A stretch of 54,079 nucleotides of DNA from a virus (lineage: Duplodnaviria > Caudoviricetes). Shown here one piece after another: positions 1-8,793 of the stretch; positions within the stretch are counted from its first letter, which is position 1; each line of letters opens with the position of its first letter. Under the pieces are notes generated by a model. It searched no databases. It was not told the DNA's origin and was given only the letters and a program-made list of their open reading frames with translations. Where the stretch lies: IMG/VR virus record IMGVR_UViG_3300032254_000258, positions 1-54,079 of that record. One strand, given 5' to 3'. The translations under genes and the position numbers were made by a program.

Positions 1-273
1 TCAGAACTCACCGTCGCGCAGGCGCTCAGCAAGCTCGTCACGATTACGAGGGCGGAGAGACGTGGCTTTGAGCATTCGGCGTTGAATTTCATTGGCTTTC
101 TCCGTATTTTCAATGCGTTCCGCCAGCCGTCCGGCACGCTCGCCGGAGCGGCGCAGGGACAGGAGGAAAAGCGATATTGTGAGGGCGATGGTGGCCCATT
201 TTCCGACAGCCAGCGCGAGGCGGATGCTCGCAGTGGTCGCACCACCGGTGAACCATGTGAGCAGAGCGCCCAT
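1..273 (-). CDS. Small membrane protein of the lysis module (spanin- or holin-like)
   Basis: ATG at 273 overlaps the lysin stop (TGATG); N-terminal hydrophobic helix (WATIALTISLFLLSL) followed by a charged coiled-coil tail. Confidence 0.6.
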   Translation of the reverse strand: MGALLTWFTGGATTASIRLALAVGKWATIALTISLFLLSLRRSGERAGRLAERIENTEKANEIQRRMLKATSLRPRNRDELAERLRDGEF

Positions 274-1019
274 CAACGCCGCCCCTTTCGCCAGTCGTCC
301 CAGCGGGCGTAGATGGTTACGCTGACTCCAAGCAAGGCGACAGCAATGAATAGCCAGCGGATGGTATCGAGATAGGGGATCAGCGGTTGGAGAGCGGATT
401 GGGTGTCGGTGGCGGCCTGTTGCACCACCTCGATGCCCGCTGTGCCAATGGTGGCCACACCCGCGGCACCGCCGCCTTTCATGGTGCGGCTTTCCGTCAG
501 GGTTTCTCGCAGGCGTGGCGGTTCCGGTGCAAACCGTGTGGTGCGACCATTGCGAATGGTGCGGCCATTGCGAATGGTGCGATCCTTGCGAAGGATGCGA
601 CCACCGCGGGTGGCACGGGGCGGAAATGGATCGCCCCATTGGCGCGAGCGACCGATATCGATGTGCATGAAATTCTGGCGGGGATAAAACCCGAAACCGG
701 TGAAGCCGACGGCCCGCGCAGATGCTTCAAATCTTTCCGGATCATGATTGGCCATGGAGATATCAAAGGCCGCGCCCTGCAAATGCATCGAATGTTTGGC
801 TCCACCGACCTGCTTGTTGTAGCCCGGGCTGCGATAGGCGGAATTCACGATCAGCGGCACGCCGAGCCGGTCGCGCAGGGCCTGGAGCTTGTCGAGCGCC
901 GCTTCGTTGATGCGGATCGTGCCGTCGCCACGGCAGGCGATTTCCTCCGGCGAAAAGTTTGGCCAGCGCCAGAGCTTGTCGGGCACGTCGCGCCAGTCGG
1001 CGAAATAGTGTGTGGTCAT
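273..1019 (-). CDS. Endolysin, peptidase M15 family, with C-terminal hydrophobic segments
   Basis: NF..EE.AC, SAYRSPGYNKQVGGAKHSMHLQGAAFD and FMHID motifs; GGAGG RBS before ATG 1019. Confidence 0.85.
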   Translation of the reverse strand: MTTHYFADWRDVPDKLWRWPNFSPEEIACRGDGTIRINEAALDKLQALRDRLGVPLIVNSAYRSPGYNKQVGGAKHSMHLQGAAFDISMANHDPERFEASARAVGFTGFGFYPRQNFMHIDIGRSRQWGDPFPPRATRGGRILRKDRTIRNGRTIRNGRTTRFAPEPPRLRETLTESRTMKGGGAAGVATIGTAGIEVVQQAATDTQSALQPLIPYLDTIRWLFIAVALLGVSVTIYARWDDWRKGRR

Positions 1020-1029
1020 GGTTTCCTCC

Positions 1030-1055
1030 AAAAGAAAACCCGCCGATTGGCGGGT
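1030..1055 (-). terminator. Intrinsic terminator-like hairpin directly upstream of the endolysin RBS
   Basis: ACCCGCC-N4-GGCGGGT stem followed by TTTCTTTT on the minus strand. Confidence 0.6.
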
Positions 1056-1097
1056 GTGTGGTCAGGGTGGGTTATGATCAGGATGGTTGAGGTGGTG

Positions 1098-1379
1098 TCA
1101 GCCGAACAGCTTCAGCTTCACGGCAATGCCCGCGATCAGGGCGAGCAGCAGGCCGGTGGTGATCAGGCGCACCACAGTCTGCCAAGCGGTGCGCCGCGCC
1201 ATGCGCAGGCTATCGAGCAACGTGCGCAGGTCATGGATATCGATGGCGGCTTCCGGACCATCGAGGCCAACATCGGCCAGGGCACGGCGTGCGCCTTGCT
1301 CGGCGGCGCGGGCCAGCATGGCCTCGAACTCGTCCTCGGGCATGCGAACGAAGCCCGCATCATTGAATGGCGGGGTCAT
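1098..1379 (-). CDS. DUF6127-like small membrane protein (holin candidate)
   Basis: EFEAMLARAAEQGARRALADVGL...DLRTLL motif, C-terminal TM helix, position before the lysin. Confidence 0.7.
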   Translation of the reverse strand: MTPPFNDAGFVRMPEDEFEAMLARAAEQGARRALADVGLDGPEAAIDIHDLRTLLDSLRMARRTAWQTVVRLITTGLLLALIAGIAVKLKLFG

Positions 1380-1487
1380 GGAGCTTCCTTTCTGTGAAAG
1401 CGTTCCCAGCAAAAATGAATCAGAATTCACCCCAAGTTTGGGCGAATTCTGCTCAATCTGTACTGATCTGAGTTGGAAACGCTTTGA

Positions 1488-2228
1488 TCAAGATTGCGGG
1501 GCAATCGGCAGCAGATAATGGATACTGAGGCGCACAGCGCCGCCAGTGAAATTCCCGCCCTGCGCAGTCAGGATAATCGGGGTCGCGGCGTAGAAGGCCT
1601 GCGGGCCGATCACGCCGACATTGGTGCTGCCCGTGGCAATGCCGAGGCCGCCGCCAAACTTGGAAGTCTCACCCGAAATGCCGCAGTTATAGGAGGTGGC
1701 CCCGGTGATCGCGGTGGTGGTTCGTGTGGAAACCCCCAGAACGATGGCTCGGTTCGGAATGGCGACGGTCGAGGTGACCGAAGCCCCGGACAGGCCCGAA
1801 AGCAGTTCTTCGGCCACCACTATATCCGTTGCCGACCCGGCTGCCCCTGACGCAACCCGAACCGAGGCTGCGCGGGTCAGAAGACCCATGGCCGCGTCCA
1901 GCCCGGTCCATGCGCTGCCGGTCCAGACCAGAAGCTGGCCGAGGCCTGCGTCCCAGGCCAGCCAGCCGGTTTGCGGGATCAGCCGATGCCATGCGCCGCC
2001 GGAAAACTGCGCCACGCTGGCGTCCCATCCCATCCAGGCACCGGTCGCGCCGCTTGCAACGATGTGGCGATCTCCCTCAGCGGGGTTGCCGGGTGGTGCG
2101 GTGAGCGCAGCCGAAATCACCGAAAGCTGCACCAGCCCGTCGAGGGCATCGAGCGCTTCATTCACGGTGACATGTTTCTGGGCCTGTGCGGCGGCAAGAT
2201 ATGGCAGGGCGAGGTTTGGCGTGGTCAT
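1488..2228 (-). CDS. DUF2793-domain tail fibre/spike-associated protein
   Basis: TPNLALPYLAAAQAQKHVTVNEAL..LD signature; ATGA overlap with the megatron stop. Confidence 0.85.
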   Translation of the reverse strand: MTTPNLALPYLAAAQAQKHVTVNEALDALDGLVQLSVISAALTAPPGNPAEGDRHIVASGATGAWMGWDASVAQFSGGAWHRLIPQTGWLAWDAGLGQLLVWTGSAWTGLDAAMGLLTRAASVRVASGAAGSATDIVVAEELLSGLSGASVTSTVAIPNRAIVLGVSTRTTTAITGATSYNCGISGETSKFGGGLGIATGSTNVGVIGPQAFYAATPIILTAQGGNFTGGAVRLSIHYLLPIAPQS

Positions 2229-5200
2229 GGAGTGGATTCCTTGAGAGTCAGGGTTTGGGTCACCGGCGTGCCCCGACCGAGCGCCCCGATCTGGGTGATA
2301 CGGACGGACAGGCTGCTGACCGGCCCGCCGAAATCGGCAACCTGCATGGCGGCGGTGTAGGTAAAACCCGGGCCAGTCAGGTCGGGGATGGAACGAACCA
2401 CCGCAGGCCCGTTGAGGATTTCCAGATCGTAGGCCTCGGAGGCTTCCGACATCGGCACGTCGGTCAGCACCCAACTATCGGCTGAAAGGGCGCGGTCCCG
2501 GCGCAGCCAGCGCAAGGCGAGATCGCCGTTGGCCTTGCGACGCATGCGGAGTTGTACCGGTGCGAACGGCAGCAAGCCACGTCCATTCGGAGTGAAACTC
2601 TGCGCAATCATCAGCGGATCGGACGGTGCGGCGCTGGCGGGGCCGATGCGCCAGTTCCATGGCAGCCCGAGATCACCCTCGGCAATGGACAGCGGCTGAA
2701 GCCCGGACTCCAGCAAAACCACCCGCGCACCAACCAGCGCCGGATTGCCCATGGCATCTTCGGTCCCTCGTTGGCCGCGCAACAGGCGGGTCAGGCGATA
2801 ACGACCAGTGGACACCAATTCAGCATTTCCTGCCTGAACAATCTCCCAAAACCCGGGAGCCGTTTCCACAGCCAGCACATTGGCCCCGGCGAACAATTCC
2901 AAATCGGTAACACTGGTCAGCGTGCCGGATGAAAGATCGACCAGCAGTTCACTGCCATGATCGAACCGGTTGAGCGGCCCGGCGGGCAGATCGGCGGCAA
3001 GCACCCCCATGCGCGAGGGCAGACCAAGCGTGTCGAGCAGGGCAAATCCGGAACTGGTGGCGCTGCGCCAGACGGCGGCCGTGCCATACCATGGTTTGGC
3101 AAACACCGCCGCATAGGGCCGGTGCGCCGGAACCGTATCATCCAGCTGCGGCAGGTCCATCAGCACAACATCAGCGGGACCATAAACCGTGGCCCCGGGC
3201 AGATTGGCGGGCCGGTATTGCCCGGGTGGCAGGTCATACATCGCCGCATCCGTCCGGATCGCCTCGAAGGCGCGCGCCCCGGCATCGCCGATGCGGGTGA
3301 TACGATAGTCGATCAGCCGCCCGTCATTATCCAGACTGACAACATCCCCGGGATCGAGCGCCAGACGCGAGGGTGGCAGCCTGGCGGTCAGCGTCTCGCG
3401 CCCGATCCAGCCTTCCATCAGGGCACGGCGGCAACGCCGGTCGGCCTCTTCCAGCGATACGGCCAGCGGGAAACTGTCGGAGGCGACCCGGGCGGCTTGA
3501 ACTGTGACACGGCGGGCCTCGACCGTGGCGGCATCGTATTCCTCGTCGGGGCGCACCATCTGCCATTTGAGCGCTTGCGGCAGTTCGGTTTCCTGCCCAC
3601 GGGTTAGTTCCATCACCTCTCCAGCACCGGCCACCAGGTCATCTGGATCGATTGTGGACACCGCCTGCTGTCCGCGCGGGGCAAACCGGATCACGCCACC
3701 GCTTTCCACCGCATCAAAGCCGAAATGCCGTGCCAACGTTGAGATTGAGGCGCGCGGGCTTTCCAAAGCGGAAATCACAAAACCCGGCACGGTGTCGGAA
3801 AGCGCGCTCACGTCGATCAGGGTATCATCCAGCCCTGCACGGCGACACAACTCCCGCACCAGCGCACCCAGCCCAACCGCCCCGAGTCGCCCGTTCAGCC
3901 AGTGCCCGAGCCGCCAGTTCGTGGCATCGGCCCAGACATCCTGGCGGGCCGGAAAATCCGGATAGGGCCGCGCATCCCATGTCCAGACCGCCGCTTCGCC
4001 CCTGTCGATCATCGGGGCGGCGTAAATGCTGCTGGTCGGGTTGTTGGCCGCGTAATTCCAATATCCCAGCATTGCTTCCAGATAACGCCGCTGGATGGCT
4101 TCGTCCTGCCAGCCGCGCGAAAAATACGGCAGCGCGCTCTCGGCAGACTTAGGATCATAGAACACATTCGGCTGGTTGGTGGCCCGATCGACCGCCGGAC
4201 AGCCAAGTTCGGTGAAACGGACCGGTTTGGATTGCGGCACCCAGTCCGTGGGCTGCAGCAGAGGATTGCCGCCGCGCCGGTTCTGATGGGCATTTGCCCA
4301 CCAGCTGCGGATGTCCTTGGGGCGGAACACCCAGTCCGCACTGCCGCTGATACGGGTGATTGCCTGATCATACATGTTCAATGGGTTTGGGCACGGCACC
4401 GGCCAGCCCACATTCGGCTCTCCGGTGATGTTTGTGGCCGTTGAGCCACTTGCACCATAGACGCCGCTGCCGGGCCCGGCCCAGGAGTTCAGCGCCCCGT
4501 CGGTGGCACTGGCGCTGCCCAGAAGCAGGCCATCGCACCAAAGGCGAATGGTGCCGGTGGCAAGGCTCACATCCCAGACCAGCTCGTGAACCTGGCCGTC
4601 AAACGGCATGGCGGCCACGGGAATATCGAGGATAGCGGTCTCAACGCCGGGCACGGTCACGCTGCCCTTGCCCGCGCGGTACCGGAAGGTCGTGCCACCA
4701 TCACGCAACGCCAGCAACATGCCGGTGCCGCCACCACCTCGCTCGAACAGCACACCGTCGATGGGACTGGCGGGCAGCGGCACCATGGCCGAGAACGCGG
4801 CATCGTTTTGTCGGGTCGCTGCCCCACCAAAATCCGCGTCCATGATGGTCGCGCCATTGGTCTCGGCAAAGCTGCGATCCGGATTCAGCAGCGGGAAGCG
4901 TTCGGCCCCGTCGGTGATGGGGGCTCGGATTTGCGCGGTGCGATCGGCCTCCGTCGCATAGAACCAGTCAAAACCTTCGCCGCCCTCGATGTTGCCGCGC
5001 AGATAATCGAGGTCCCTGATCGAGGCCCAGCCCGCCTGCGCATCGGCGTGATCAAAGCCGTCGCGCCAATCTGACAAAGGCAGATAATTGTCGATGCCGA
5101 TGAAATCAATGCTGGGGTCGGCCCAGAGCGGATCGAGGTGATAGAACAGGTCGCCTGAACCATCATTGGGCTGATGCCCGGAATACTCCGACCAGTCGGC

Positions 5201-6739
5201 GGCGTAGCTGATCGCGGTGCTGGCCCCGAGAATGCCCGCGACATTACTGGCCAGTTGCTTCAGCGCTGCCACCGCAGGGTAAATGGTTGCATTCTCCCGT
5301 ATTGTCGTCAGGCCCCGAAGTTCCGAGCCGATCAGGAAACTGTCCACTCCACCAGCGGCCATACAAAGATGGGCGTAATGCAGGATCATCCGCCGATATC
5401 CCCAATCGCTGGCGGGGCCAGTCCATGAGACAGTCTCTCCAGCCACCGTGAAATCAGTCACTTGCGCATTGCCTATGAAAGTATCGATCTGCGTGGCGGC
5501 ACCGGCGGTCTTGTCCACGGTGCCCACGTAGCTTGCTGCCGGAGAACAAGTGATCCGCCCGCGCCAGGGATAGGTACCTTGTCCGGTGGTCGCCGCGTTA
5601 TCGGAATATGGGTCGGGCAGCGTATTGCCCGCTGGAATATCCATCAGCAAAAACGGATAGAAGGTGACCCGCAACCCGCGCGCCTTGATCTCCTGAATGG
5701 CCTGCATGACAGCGAAATCTGCAGGTGTGCCGCCATAGGCACTGCGGCCCGAGGCATCGAGGCTGATCACATGCGCACCCGAACGCGCAACGCCATTCAC
5801 GGCCCAGCTTTTTGGGGTCGTTATTTTGGTGGTGTTTTCGACACCAGGCATGATTGCACAATTGCCAGCGCGCAGGTCGGTGCCGAACCATGAAACCACC
5901 AGCGAGATGCTCTCGATGTTCGGGGCTGCCGCCTGCAGCTGATCCAGCGCCGCGACAATGTCGGGCACGGCAGCGGTCGAGTGGACGTTTTCCGACGCGG
6001 TATTGCCGCCCGTGCCGCGCGAAATGGCTTCGGTTGCATAGACGAACTCGCCGGTGCCAGGGATGAGGGTCACGGATTTGATCAGCCCCTCGGCGGTGTC
6101 GAGTTCAACGACGGGGCGAAACACCTCAAAAGACAGCTGCGGGATGCGATTGCCGAATTGCTCCAGCGACAATTCCTCGAACATCGCATAGGCCGTGCCG
6201 CGATAGGCGGGCGCAAACCCAGCACCCATCCTGGCCTCGATGAACGGGTCTGGCATCTGGGTCTCATCGCCCTTGTAAATCCGCCATGTCACGCCACTCA
6301 GATCAAGCGGTTTACCATCCGCCCAGATGCGCCCGATACCGGAGATCGGCCCTTCGCACAGAGCCACCGCGAAAGAGGCTGAATAGAGATAGGCCGTGGT
6401 CGTGACCTTCGGCCCGCCGCCCTTGCCGCCGCCCTGGGTAGTTGTGCTGATGGTCTCGGTGAAATCCGTTGCCCAGATTATGTTACCGCCGATCCGCATT
6501 CGTCCATAAATGCGCGGGATCACCGCGCCTTCGGTCGAGGTGGTGAGGGTCAGGTTTTCCAGCCGCTGGCCCTCGATGCGCTGCCCGGGGGCTAATGAGG
6601 AGACAATCCAGCTGTCGATCATCGACCCCGCAAACGAGCCGATCGCGCCGCCGATGGTGGCTGCGGACACGCCAAGCACGGCACCACCAATGCTGCCACC
6701 GATCGCTGCACCGGCCGAGGCCAGAAGAATGGACGCCAT
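2225..6739 (-). CDS. GTA-type baseplate multidomain protein (megatron; GTA TIM-barrel plus phage tail domain)
   Basis: IPRIYGRMRIGGNIIW, PAYRGTAY, SYAADWSEY, GIDNYLPLSDWRD, WTWDARPYP and LLRGQRGTE motifs; 1504 aa. Confidence 0.92.
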   Translation of the reverse strand: MASILLASAGAAIGGSIGGAVLGVSAATIGGAIGSFAGSMIDSWIVSSLAPGQRIEGQRLENLTLTTSTEGAVIPRIYGRMRIGGNIIWATDFTETISTTTQGGGKGGGPKVTTTAYLYSASFAVALCEGPISGIGRIWADGKPLDLSGVTWRIYKGDETQMPDPFIEARMGAGFAPAYRGTAYAMFEELSLEQFGNRIPQLSFEVFRPVVELDTAEGLIKSVTLIPGTGEFVYATEAISRGTGGNTASENVHSTAAVPDIVAALDQLQAAAPNIESISLVVSWFGTDLRAGNCAIMPGVENTTKITTPKSWAVNGVARSGAHVISLDASGRSAYGGTPADFAVMQAIQEIKARGLRVTFYPFLLMDIPAGNTLPDPYSDNAATTGQGTYPWRGRITCSPAASYVGTVDKTAGAATQIDTFIGNAQVTDFTVAGETVSWTGPASDWGYRRMILHYAHLCMAAGGVDSFLIGSELRGLTTIRENATIYPAVAALKQLASNVAGILGASTAISYAADWSEYSGHQPNDGSGDLFYHLDPLWADPSIDFIGIDNYLPLSDWRDGFDHADAQAGWASIRDLDYLRGNIEGGEGFDWFYATEADRTAQIRAPITDGAERFPLLNPDRSFAETNGATIMDADFGGAATRQNDAAFSAMVPLPASPIDGVLFERGGGGTGMLLALRDGGTTFRYRAGKGSVTVPGVETAILDIPVAAMPFDGQVHELVWDVSLATGTIRLWCDGLLLGSASATDGALNSWAGPGSGVYGASGSTATNITGEPNVGWPVPCPNPLNMYDQAITRISGSADWVFRPKDIRSWWANAHQNRRGGNPLLQPTDWVPQSKPVRFTELGCPAVDRATNQPNVFYDPKSAESALPYFSRGWQDEAIQRRYLEAMLGYWNYAANNPTSSIYAAPMIDRGEAAVWTWDARPYPDFPARQDVWADATNWRLGHWLNGRLGAVGLGALVRELCRRAGLDDTLIDVSALSDTVPGFVISALESPRASISTLARHFGFDAVESGGVIRFAPRGQQAVSTIDPDDLVAGAGEVMELTRGQETELPQALKWQMVRPDEEYDAATVEARRVTVQAARVASDSFPLAVSLEEADRRCRRALMEGWIGRETLTARLPPSRLALDPGDVVSLDNDGRLIDYRITRIGDAGARAFEAIRTDAAMYDLPPGQYRPANLPGATVYGPADVVLMDLPQLDDTVPAHRPYAAVFAKPWYGTAAVWRSATSSGFALLDTLGLPSRMGVLAADLPAGPLNRFDHGSELLVDLSSGTLTSVTDLELFAGANVLAVETAPGFWEIVQAGNAELVSTGRYRLTRLLRGQRGTEDAMGNPALVGARVVLLESGLQPLSIAEGDLGLPWNWRIGPASAAPSDPLMIAQSFTPNGRGLLPFAPVQLRMRRKANGDLALRWLRRDRALSADSWVLTDVPMSEASEAYDLEILNGPAVVRSIPDLTGPGFTYTAAMQVADFGGPVSSLSVRITQIGALGRGTPVTQTLTLKESTP

Positions 6740-6740
6740 G

Positions 6741-7289
6741 TCAGGTCTTTCGCTTGACGGGGTTTGGAAGCCGGAAGGCGAAGGCCACCCTGCGCTGCCA
6801 AGCTGGGGTCAGAAATTCCTCGATTACGCCGGTGCGCTCATAGGCGTGGATGAACCGGTGGGAACGCCCACTGCGATGGGAACGCCCATTGCGGCCACGC
6901 CCTGAAAGAATGCCGCAATGCTTGGCAATTGCCCCCGTGCGCATGCGAAACAGAATGACGTCGCCGGTGCGGGCGTCGGAAACGGTAATTTCGACCATCG
7001 CCGCGCGGGCAGCTTCAGCCAGAACCTCAACTGGCCCTGACTCTCCCCAGTCGCGGGAATAGGGTGGCACGGGCATCGGTTCGGGTCCCACCACGTCGCG
7101 CCAAACACCGCGTAAAAGTCCAAGGCAGTCACAACCGACACCGCGCACCGAGGCCTGATCGTGATACGGTGTGCCGATCCAGCGGCGGGTCGCTTTGACG
7201 ATCCGCGCCGGGGCGGTTCGGGAGCGGGCTCTCGTGCATTGCGGTGCAATGCACTGCCGCCCGTCGTTTCCGCTGGAAACGACGTTCAT
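6741..7289 (-). CDS. NlpC/P60 phage tail peptidase (RcGTA g14-like)
   Basis: WIGTPYHDQAS..GVGCDCLGL, GDVILF, KHCGI and FIHAY motifs. Confidence 0.9.
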   Translation of the reverse strand: MNVVSSGNDGRQCIAPQCTRARSRTAPARIVKATRRWIGTPYHDQASVRGVGCDCLGLLRGVWRDVVGPEPMPVPPYSRDWGESGPVEVLAEAARAAMVEITVSDARTGDVILFRMRTGAIAKHCGILSGRGRNGRSHRSGRSHRFIHAYERTGVIEEFLTPAWQRRVAFAFRLPNPVKRKT

Positions 7290-8170
7290 AGCACTGATCC
7301 CGAATTGGTATCACCCCTGGCAGCGTAGCGAATTATGGTGTCCTGCCCCGGGATATGCGGAAAGCCTCTGAAATTGACCGCATTGGAAAACTTGCCCTGA
7401 CAGGTCTCGAACCGCTTGTCGCACCCGGCGAAGATATCGAAAGTGTCATTGACCGCCATCGGTCGGACCGGAGCTTCAAGCAGAGTGATCTTCACATCCG
7501 GGCCGATGTTTGCATGGCTCAGTACCTCGGCCTTGCGACCGGCATTGGCACCAGTCAGCCAAGTCACCGTGCCCACCGCGAACCAACCATCCGAGAAGCC
7601 CGCGATGCCCGAGGATGTGAACGCCCGGTCACCCGACAATGTCACCACCGCACCGGTGCCCTTGTTTGCTGGGTCATTCAGATTCACGCCACAGTGGGTA
7701 TCGCCCAGTGCCGCGTCACAGCTCGCCTGAAACGTCCGCCCGATGGTTTGCCCCAGCACATGGGCGAGGCTGCGCATCTCGGCCACGAAATGCAGCCGCC
7801 CGCGCCGAACCTGACCAATGGCGCCGCGCCGCAGCAAGGCTCTGCTGGCGGTATCGGCCCAGTTCACCCGCCAGATTTCCACCGCGGCGTTGTCCCAGCG
7901 GCCGTCGAGAATATCGGTCTCGGTGATGGTGGCCGAAGTCAGAACCCCCTCGGCTTCCTGCGCATCGACCGACAGGTCGGAGCCGGAGCGGATTTCCGAG
8001 GCGGTGAAACCGGATTCGGGCTCGAACGTGGTGCCGTCAAAGGTCAATGGTCGATCATGATCGGTAAAACCAAACACCGCCCCGTCGCTGCGGTTAAGCC
8101 GCCAGCACCAGGCCAGCATCGTGGTGCCACTGTCGAGATGGGTTTGCAGGGATTGAGGGAAGGATTTCAT
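7286..8170 (-). CDS. DUF2163/BR0599 baseplate hub protein (RcGTA g13-like)
   Basis: GFTDHDRPL, C.A.LGD..C and GCDK....C..KF.N..NFRGFPHIPG motifs. Confidence 0.9.
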   Translation of the reverse strand: MKSFPQSLQTHLDSGTTMLAWCWRLNRSDGAVFGFTDHDRPLTFDGTTFEPESGFTASEIRSGSDLSVDAQEAEGVLTSATITETDILDGRWDNAAVEIWRVNWADTASRALLRRGAIGQVRRGRLHFVAEMRSLAHVLGQTIGRTFQASCDAALGDTHCGVNLNDPANKGTGAVVTLSGDRAFTSSGIAGFSDGWFAVGTVTWLTGANAGRKAEVLSHANIGPDVKITLLEAPVRPMAVNDTFDIFAGCDKRFETCQGKFSNAVNFRGFPHIPGQDTIIRYAARGDTNSGSVL

Positions 8171-8793
8171 CGGCGGACCTCAATTAGCGGTATGGATGTA
8201 ATGGAACCGAGCCGCTCCAGATCATGCGTGACGTCGAGCTGGTCGGTGTCGAAACGCACCGGAACATCGAATTCAAAACCGGCAGTTATGGCGACACTGC
8301 TGACCGGCGCGGTGGTGAAGGTGACGAGACCGGTTGTGGTATCAACCGACCAACCGGAGGCTTGCGCGATCCCGTTCAGCGCCACCGTAACGGTTCCGGC
8401 AACCGGTTTCGTGATGGTACGGGTCCATGTTTGCGCACCGGAAGTATAGGCCTTCACCAGTTGGAAGGCCGTAGTCGCCCCGTCTCCCGCGCCAATCCCC
8501 TGATCGGTTGCGGATGGCACTCCCGAAGGCAGGCACGACTTGTAATCGCCCCAATCCTTCCAGCGGAACCCGTAGAGCCGCCCGTTGCGTGCCTCGAAAA
8601 ACGCCACCACGGCGGCCAGATCGTCAGCGCGGCGGATGCCGTAAACCGCATCATAGCGGCGGCGCGAATTGGCCCAGCTGGCATTCCTTTCCTCGTCGCC
8701 CGAGGCCAGTTCGACAATCTGGGTGCGCCGCTCCGGCCCACCGCGCGCACCGCGGCTGATATTGTCGGGAAAACGGATTTCGTGAAACGCCAT
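8167..8793 (-). CDS. DUF2460 distal tail protein (RcGTA g12-like)
   Basis: FHEIRFP, FFEAR.G.LYGFRWKDW.D and AGFEFDVPVRFDTD motifs. Confidence 0.92.
   Translation of the reverse strand: MAFHEIRFPDNISRGARGGPERRTQIVELASGDEERNASWANSRRRYDAVYGIRRADDLAAVVAFFEARNGRLYGFRWKDWGDYKSCLPSGVPSATDQGIGAGDGATTAFQLVKAYTSGAQTWTRTITKPVAGTVTVALNGIAQASGWSVDTTTGLVTFTTAPVSSVAITAGFEFDVPVRFDTDQLDVTHDLERLGSITSIPLIEVRR

Noticed and set aside
274-639. His/Trp-rich repeat N-terminus of ORF 1..639 (SQWPHHSQWSHH)
   Set aside because: Alternative-frame reading of the lysin hairpin repeats; the real start is the coupled ATG at 273.
1488-6739. Diversity-generating retroelement or invertible tail-fibre system
   Set aside because: No reverse transcriptase, template/variable repeat pair or invertase-flanked cassette seen.
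2225-8793. A gene transfer agent cluster
   Set aside because: Only the tail-tip genes are GTA-like; the head is lambda-type and replication and integration genes are present.
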